Positions 56,803 to 64,000 of a stretch of DNA of 64,000 bases are shown piece by piece (positions within the stretch are counted from its first letter, which is position 1; the number at the start of each line of letters is the position of its first letter). The position numbers and the translations under genes were made by a program. Source of the DNA: Octopus sinensis (lineage: Eukaryota); NCBI RefSeq assembly GCF_006345805.1, contig NC_042998.1, positions 15,500,001-15,564,000 of the forward strand, written 5' to 3'. The notes under the pieces are model-generated. The model did not search any database and had not been told where the DNA came from. It saw only the letters and a list, made by a program, of their open reading frames with translations.

Positions 56803-57123
56803 GTAGCCAGACCAGTAGGTGTCGCTTCTGACAATCGCTGTTCGAAGGTTTTATTTACCTAGCTTCGGTGGAATACATCCACTTGTTTTCAATAATAGAA
56901 ATATTAAAATTACTAAGTCTCTCTAAAAGAGAACAACGGCAGCGTTCCCGGAAAATAATAGTTATCGCCATACTAATATGGCATTTTTATAAAAATAAGA
57001 ATAAAGCTGTCCGCTTATTAGCTCCATGAGGCCATCGCCTTAAGTTAGCTATTTGATACACAAACTGTATCCATATAACCTTCGGACAAGGGAGGTCAGT
57101 CGCTCCACACTACTTGACCGGCA

Positions 57124-57165
57124 GCTACAGACGTGTTTCGGGGTATTGCCCCTTTTCAATGCAGC
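57124..57165 (-). ncRNA. Type I hammerhead ribozyme motif, U3-A8 variant, intact GAAA
   Basis: gctgca-TTGAAAA-gggg-caata-cccc-GAAA-cacg-TC-tgtagc. Confidence 0.82.
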
Positions 57166-57454
57166 GTAGCCAGACCAGTAGGTGTCGCTTCTGACAATCG
57201 CTGTTCGAAGGTTTTATTTACCTAGCTTCGGTGGAATACATCCACTTGTTTTCAATAATATAAATATTAAAATTACTAAGTCTCTCGAAGGTTATATGGA
57301 TACAGTTTGTGTATCAAATAGCTAACTTAAGGCGATGGCCTCATGGAGCTAATAAGCGGACAGCTTTATTCTTATTTTTATAAGAATGTCATATTAGTAT
57401 GGCGATAACTATTATTTTCCGGGAACGCTGCCGTTGTTCTCTTTTAGAGAACAT

Positions 57455-57540
57455 CCCGAAAGGATGAAAGACACATTCGACACCGGTGGCATTTGAACTC
57501 AGAGCGTAAAGTGCTAACAATTTTGCCAGCTCACCGCCTT
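57455..57540 (-). mobile_element. SINE group A 5' fragment abutting the array
   Basis: cccgaaaggatgaaag...tttgaactcagagcg...ttgccagctcaccgcctt. Confidence 0.75.
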
Positions 57541-59419
57541 TCTATTGTATTTATATTTAGATCTTATTGAAGTGACTATATCATTTTCTGTTAAAATGGT
57601 GAACTGTTTGTTGTGAAAAGAAGATTATATATTTGAGAAAAACAAAAATATTTTTCTATTTACTACTCATAAATTGAGAAGGACATAAAAAAGTTGTTTT
57701 CGTAAAACCTATAATAATTACAACTTACAAATATGCATTATCGTAATTTTGTTAATGATGTCACTCAACGTTGGTAAAATATACAAGATTAAAACTAATA
57801 TATGTTTGTATTTTACTAAAACAACGATTACAAAATTTTGAATTATATGAATTTTGTATTCAGTTTATCAAGAAATAGCCGGAGAAAATGTTTTCCCGAT
57901 ATAATGGATATTTGAAAGCGGTATGATGTTTCAAAAAGGTGGGTAGTTATACAGAAAGGCATTGTTGAAAACAGCTGCGTTGATGCACAAAGTGGAAGTG
58001 AAAGATGTAACTATAGGTAGCTAGAGCTGTAGCAATAGTGATTACGAAATCGATAAACAACGGCGATCTCACTTTACTTTCATAAATTTGGAAAACACTG
58101 AAAATTGTGCTTTGAATGATACTGTAGATCTTTCACTTTGGGAGACGCTCTTATACAAAGCGAATTAGAAGCAAATATTTTACTTGTTGAATCTGCCGCC
58201 TTAATACTTCAGGTATTACTGGTCTACATCTTCAGAAAAAGCTGGCCAGGATGCCATTGTTTTGACGTGACGGCAACTACAAGAGTTTGAATATGAGATT
58301 AAAGAGAATTCGAGACAGAAATAAACCAGCAGTGTTTGACTGACGTATTTACGTCACCGCTAATATCCTCTAATATAGAGGAATGGAATCCCCATATTAG
58401 CGGGTATATGATAGAATATCAACTACAATAGAACATCAGTACCAAAAGTAACGATAACAACAACTCCATTACTCACAATTATAACAACAACTAGGTCAAA
58501 ATATGTAGATCCTCACTCGTAGTAGCCCTGAGAACACCATTATCAACATTAACAATGAAATAATAGCGCAGCAATCTTGTTAGTACTCGATCTGCTACAA
58601 AGAAGAGCACAAGTTTTGTATGCTAAGCCCAAACATTTTCAAAGCGAAAATACAAATGATCATGCCTTTGTTAACTCTTGTGGAAAAAATAAAGTTGATC
58701 ACGTTTAGGATGCGTGTTCACAATTATTCAAATGTGTAGGACTGAAGCTAGTCAGCAAAATCAAGGACTGTAGCAAAAAGAAAAAGAAAAAACGAATAGA
58801 AAAAAAAGTCTTCGCATTTTGCCAGAGTTTAGCGTTTCCCCTCTTCCATACCCGCTTAAATCTAAAGATGAAATATAGCAGAACGTTCTTTACACACCGC
58901 ACTGCTATAATTTCGTAGAATTTCTTCTCTGCAGAGGACAATCAATATGATAAATGGAAAAGAAGAAAAGTTTTAACTGACTGAGGTGACAGAAAGTTTT
59001 TCTAAGAAGTAAATGAATCACATTTTGCTGTGAGCTACAGATTCATGCTGGAGGAATACATGTTGCCGTTCTTTGAAATCTGAGGAATCCATGTTGTTCT
59101 TTGTTTACATGGGCCACTGGTACATGTGTCACCGGTCCTTTGTTTACATGGGTCACAGTTCATAACATCAGACCTATATTAAGCTAGTGGATAACGTTTA
59201 TAATATTTGAAAATTAAGAGTTAATGATTTTATTTCAATGCTTCTTGCCATGGGAATTAGCTTCGGTGTCAGAAACTGTCAAGGTACTGTCAGCGACGGT
59301 ATTGTTTAAGAAATGTATTTTTTTTTACTCTACAAAGTATAGAAAAAACCCATCAAACTAATGTAATTTTTTTGGGGGGTTATTATAACTGAACATAAAA
59401 TAAGACATCAATATATATA

Positions 59420-59458
<39 letters not shown>

Positions 59459-59974
59459 CATAGAATTTCAAGTTTAGTTTGTACCAGGACATATAGGGAA
59501 AAATCTGATAAATTTTAATTAGAAATTCTGAAGGAGAAGCGAGATCCTGTTAAAGGCACGAAGTTGGGAGATAAAAATATAATAGCATGAAAAATGTAGT
59601 AAATTTCTGCCCAACTTGCAGCGAAATGAATATTAAATAGCTGACTGCACCTACCAACACATTCATGATTAAATAATACTGCGTCAACCACAATAAGAAC
59701 AACACAAGTAATGGATGTCAGAGCAATGAAAACATCGATAAGCATAACCAAAATGCAGCAACGAAAGATAAAAGAATAAGATGATGAATGAGATATGAAC
59801 CCGATTTCAAAGGTTTGAAATACGCTTTCGATGTTTCTCTAATTACCTTTATTTACATGAATTGAATATCATCAACTTAACTGATTTATATGAATTTGTA
59901 AATATGTGCAATTGTCTTACCATTGTTAATCATTTTGTCGCTAACATTTTAGAAATATATAATCTTTTTTTGCC

Positions 59975-60150
59975 ACAAAGCTAGCAAATTCGATTAGATT
60001 AACCCCAGTACTCAACCGGTACGTATTTTACTGACTCTGAAAAGATGAGCAGCAACTTAGGCGGAATTTGAACTCAAAGCGTAAAAACTGAAAGGGATAC
60101 TGCTAAGAATTTTTCTCCGATGCGGTGACGATTTCTCCCGCTCATCACCA
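59975..60150 (-). mobile_element. SINE group A, degraded
   Basis: ccccagtactcaaccggtac...gcggaatttgaactcaaagcg. Confidence 0.65.
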
Positions 60151-60173
60151 TTTTAAGAGATAAGTAATATTAC

Positions 60174-60409
60174 TATTGTAATATATCGGAATGGTCATTT
60201 TGCCAGTTTAGCCAATAAAAACACACGCACTATATATTTGGTGTTACTTTGCTTCAGTGTTATTTATTTTTTACATTAATCTTAATTAAGAATAAGATTA
60301 AGATTAATGTAAAAAATAAATAACACTAAAGCAAAGTAACACCAAATATATAGTACGTGTGTTTTTATTGGCTAAACTGGCAAAATGACCATTCCGAAAT
60401 ATAACAATA
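60174..60409. repeat. Near-perfect 236-bp palindrome (113-bp arms, 10-nt spacer)
   Basis: Arms 60174-60286 and 60297-60409 differ at 4 positions by manual comparison. Confidence 0.95.
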
Positions 60410-61015
60410 TCTGTTTCAACACACGACTTCACATAAAAAAATCTTGCACTACAAATATATAAACGTAGTAATAATACTGTTTTGTTTAACGTTCGTATTA
60501 CTGTAGAATCCTTCGCATACTTTTCTACTTCTTATCCAATACCGCTTTTGCTAGTTATCTCGTATAATTCTTGTATAACTGTCTGTAACTGCAATGTTAA
60601 TCTATCAGCGATTCATACACCGAGGATGTTTGTGGTTGTGCTTTATGATTTATATTTCAATCCAGCCTGTTTTAAGTGTTGATTAATGATGTAACCCTAG
60701 GCAGAGACTAAGTGGCAAATATGAGCCAACCATTGACTAGCATTCACCTGCCGAAGTTTGGCTCACTTTTGATAATTCGTATCTTTGTATCTACAGAATT
60801 GTGTGTGTTTATATTTCACAACGTTTTTTCTCATTAATATTGATGCTACCTAATTCGTAGCTAATGGCTCTATGATCTTCGAGTGAGAAACACCTTCAGA
60901 CGTCTTCCAGTATTTATTACATATAATGTTTAATCGTTTTTTCTTCACGAGAAGTCATTGCTTATAATGTTGTTGATCAGTAGTTGATCATTATAGCAAT
61001 GAGAGACATTACATC

Positions 61016-61248
61016 ATCTCCTCTGCTTTTCTGTAAAGAGCTTGCATACTTGTACTTATGCTTTTCCCCATGGTTATTGCTTTTATGATCTCATAGCTTC
61101 AAGAAGGGAGGTTATGAAGCTATGTGTCTGTAGTATCTCTTCTGCTTTTCTGGAAACAGTTTGCATACTTGTATTTATACTTTTCCCTATGGTAATTGCT
61201 TTTATGATCTCACAGCTTTAAGAAGGTTATGAAGCTATGTGTCCATAG
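61016..61248. repeat. Tandem duplication, 2 x ~117 bp, with a hairpin in each unit
   Basis: atctc.tctgcttttctg...gaagctatgtgtc..tag twice; catagcttca/tgaagctatg stem in unit 1. Confidence 0.88.
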
Positions 61249-61429
61249 TTTATATATTTTGTCGTTTCTAAGGATTCTGGGATTAAAATGCTTTACCTCT
61301 CAAAGAACAAGTTTAGTTTTTATATGAAAAACTCAGTATCTGAATATAAATCACTGTACATCTAATTGTTTCATTTTCATCGTGGTCGAACTGTTTCTTT
61401 TTATATGGACCATACCGATTATTTGTTCT

Positions 61430-61640
61430 GAAATTTGAGCCCAAGGCCAGTAAGTTCGGTGGTTGACGGAGTCGATTATATTGTCTCCAGTGCTCAATTA
61501 GTAATTATTTCACCGACCATGAGAGGAAGAATGGCAAATTCGATCTCGGCAGAATTCGAACTAAGAACGTAATGATGTCGAAATGCTGCTAAGCATTTAA
61601 CCCAGCGTGCTAACCATCCTATCAGCTCGACCTTTAATCT
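61430..61640 (-). mobile_element. SINE group A
   Basis: gaaatttgagcccaaggccag...gtcgattat...gaaatgctgctaagcattt...gtgctaac. Confidence 0.75.
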
Positions 61641-61849
61641 CCCGATTATTAAGTATTTATGTGCTTAAAAATATTCACTGAGCATAATCCCTCACGGGTC
61701 ATGCCTTTTTCTTTTTTGTTAATGTTGCTTTTGTTGATATTATATTTCCACCTAGATCTTCTAAAATTGCATTATGTTGAAGTTGAATAGTTTGTTTTGT
61801 TAAAAAATTGCTTTTGGTATTGAAAGCGTCAGACACTTTTCGATTTAGC

Positions 61850-62200
61850 GAATATTTTATATTTCATTATTCTTTGTTTTCGTATACATCTGTGTTTGTC
61901 ATGTTATATTTCAATAATATTTGTCCCTGCTTTGTTCTGATGTTTCTCTTCGTTAAAGATTTCACGAAGGACTGGGAGATGTTTTCTATTATTTGCTATC
62001 TTCGTGCGTAGGCGTGATATTTTTATACGACTAGATCTGAAGCAATACCCGCTTCCCATTGTGAATACCATGACTGCTGCAAACATAATTTTCATTTCAC
62101 CAAGTGTATTCACAATCCTCGATGTTGTTTTTCTCTTCCGATGGCTTTTGACAAATTTTTGTGATTTATGTTACAGATGTTATTATTTACGTTGAAGATT
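61850..62200 (-). pseudogene. Possible degraded LINE AP-endonuclease remnant
   Basis: EYTW, AVMV...FRSS, KHLPVL resemble the YTW..IDYIMV..R.S..SDHxPV motifs. Confidence 0.3.
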
Positions 62201-62959
62201 TACGTTTTAGTTACGTAGTCTTTCCTTTTAAAATTTTATTTGGAATACTTTGTACTTTTCTGGTTCTGTGAATGGGGAATCTTTAATTTTTAGGTTGTTT
62301 GTTTGAAGTGAAAATGACGTAGTTCTCCCAAATTTTATTCCAGAAAATATAGTTTCGAAGGTTTGATACGATACAATTAAACCTGGAGAGTTATGAAACG
62401 AAATACAAGGCAAGCTGTATTATCGTCATCCTGGAGAAATTTGCAATCGATTTCTGCCGAATATCTCTCATGGCTTAATAATGTACATTAGACAATATGA
62501 GGCACACTATCCAAGAACAGACAAATGCAAGAAGGACTCGATTTACATACATTTCATCATAGATTTATTCGACGAGCAATGATTTGCTGTAAACATCATC
62601 GGCAATACAAGGAAATTGCCAATGAATTATGGCTTTATATAATAAGCTAGTTTAAAGCATTTTAAAATTAATAATAGGTTTTTACTGTAACACTTTCTCG
62701 ATGATATTCCTTTCCTACTGAGTTTAGTGTCTCGTGTATATGAGGAAAACTTAATGACACTTTCTTGATGGAATGGGTATGTACATATAACAAGATATAT
62801 ATTCATTTTCCTTTTAATATTTAACTTGGAGTTATTTGGTTATTGCAACGCGGAGTTCCAGTCACTTTGTCTATAATTTTGTATTTAATCTCCTATGTCT
62901 TGTTGTTGTCTTGCTAGATGAAATTATTTCTCCACTTTTTTTCTTTTTCTATGTCTGTA

Positions 62960-63310
62960 GTGTGACAATATAATAGGACAGTAATATCAATTAGCATAAT
63001 TATCTTTGTTGTTTATCATGGACTATTATGTCTGGTCGGTTTGCTGTTATTGATCTGTCTGCTTTCATTGTTCGAATCTATATTATTTTGGGATACCGGT
63101 TTTTCCAAAATTTTATGAATTTCATGATCATAATTGTATTTTGATCTTTTAAAGTTATATTTATTACATAAACGCCAATGGAGGAGTTTTGCAACCTCAG
63201 TACTACGTCTTAATACGTACTTCTTTGTAGCAGCGAACAATCGTTTTAGAATCACAACCTGAGCCATTATTTCATCGTTTGTTGCATTACAATACTGGCT
63301 TATCTTAATA
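62960..63310 (-). mobile_element. R4/Dong-like non-LTR retrotransposon C-terminal (zinc-knuckle to RLE) fragment
   Basis: KYVLRRSTEVAKLLHWRLCNKY, then in a shifted frame KADRSITANRPDIIVHDK. Confidence 0.75.
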
Positions 63311-63851
63311 CCATCCTGATAACATCAACATTATGAAAGAATATTTTAATTTCTCTATATTTTCACCATTGTGCGTAATAGCTGTATACTTTGTTCATCT
63401 CAATCGCATTAGATTTCTTAGAGAACCATTTCGGTATTTAAAAAAAAGTACATGTTTACTCACTATACACTCTCTTTGCAATATCACTTATATATATACA
63501 TACATACATACACACATATATATATATATATATATATATCATATAAATATGCATAATTTGTTCTTTAGCTGTCGTTACGAATTCTATTGTGTAAAACTGT
63601 AAAACACTTAGTCTATAACTTTGCGCTAGTAATTCACTGCAGATTTATCTCCCTATCAGACATAAAGTATTTTACGACATTATTATTCGTATTTTCTTAC
63701 AAATGCGAGACTCAATTAAATACGTTCATCGTGTGGATATGAAGAAAACAACAATTTTTGTACTTCAATCTTGCGGAAAGTAAATATTATTTGCAGAATA
63801 TAAACCATATGAACCGATGTATGTATGTATGTATGTATGTATGTATGTATG

Positions 63852-63936
<85 letters not shown>

Positions 63937-64000
63937 TACGTATGCTTGTATTTATGTATGCATATGCACACATACACGCACATACACACACATAAGTTTA

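Larger units (their letters stand above)
56167..57450 (-). mobile_element. Tandem array of ~363-bp hammerhead-containing units (3.1 direct copies plus an inverted 165-bp segment); candidate non-LTR retrozyme / PLE-dependent element
   Basis: Periods 363, 362 and 363 bp with about 4 differences between neighbouring units; 57285-57450 is the reverse complement of part of the unit. Confidence 0.85.

Noticed and set aside
56167-57286. CRISPR-like or rDNA-like interpretation of the tandem array
   Set aside because: Whole units are near-identical with no unique spacers and no rRNA motifs; the context is eukaryotic.
59099-59157. Two copies of ctttgtttacatggg(c/t)cac containing a forkhead-type TGTTTAC
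   Set aside because: A short local duplication; regulatory function cannot be supported without conservation or chromatin data.
59515-59751. Hydrophobic 78-aa ORF as a possible membrane-protein exon
   Set aside because: There is no recognisable domain, no clear splice acceptor and no neighbouring exons.

Overview
This is AT-rich, microsatellite-dense eukaryotic non-coding DNA. The repeat families suggest an Octopus-like cephalopod (inference from the repeats, not verified). I found no intact host protein-coding exon, rRNA, true tRNA gene or CRISPR array. Most long ORFs in the track are translations of (TA)n/(CA)n microsatellites. The window is a mosaic of transposon remnants: three tRNA-derived SINE groups (called A, B and C here), CR1/L2-, RTE- and R4/Dong-like LINE pieces, several Penelope-like (PLE) RT/GIY-YIG fragments, an internally inverted Gypsy element, Tc1/mariner fragments, Helitron-like pieces and several MITE/foldback palindromes. 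The most striking feature is at 56167-57450: a young tandem array of ~363-bp units (~99% identical). Each unit carries, on the minus strand, a minimal type-I hammerhead ribozyme motif with a palindromic stem III and the rare compensatory U3-A8 core variant, and the array ends in an inverted segment. It is a candidate non-LTR retrozyme / PLE-mobilised self-cleaving RNA element. Also visible: a CR1-like LINE and SINE B share a 3' tail with a covarying stem-loop, and SINE C has one head joined to three different tails.
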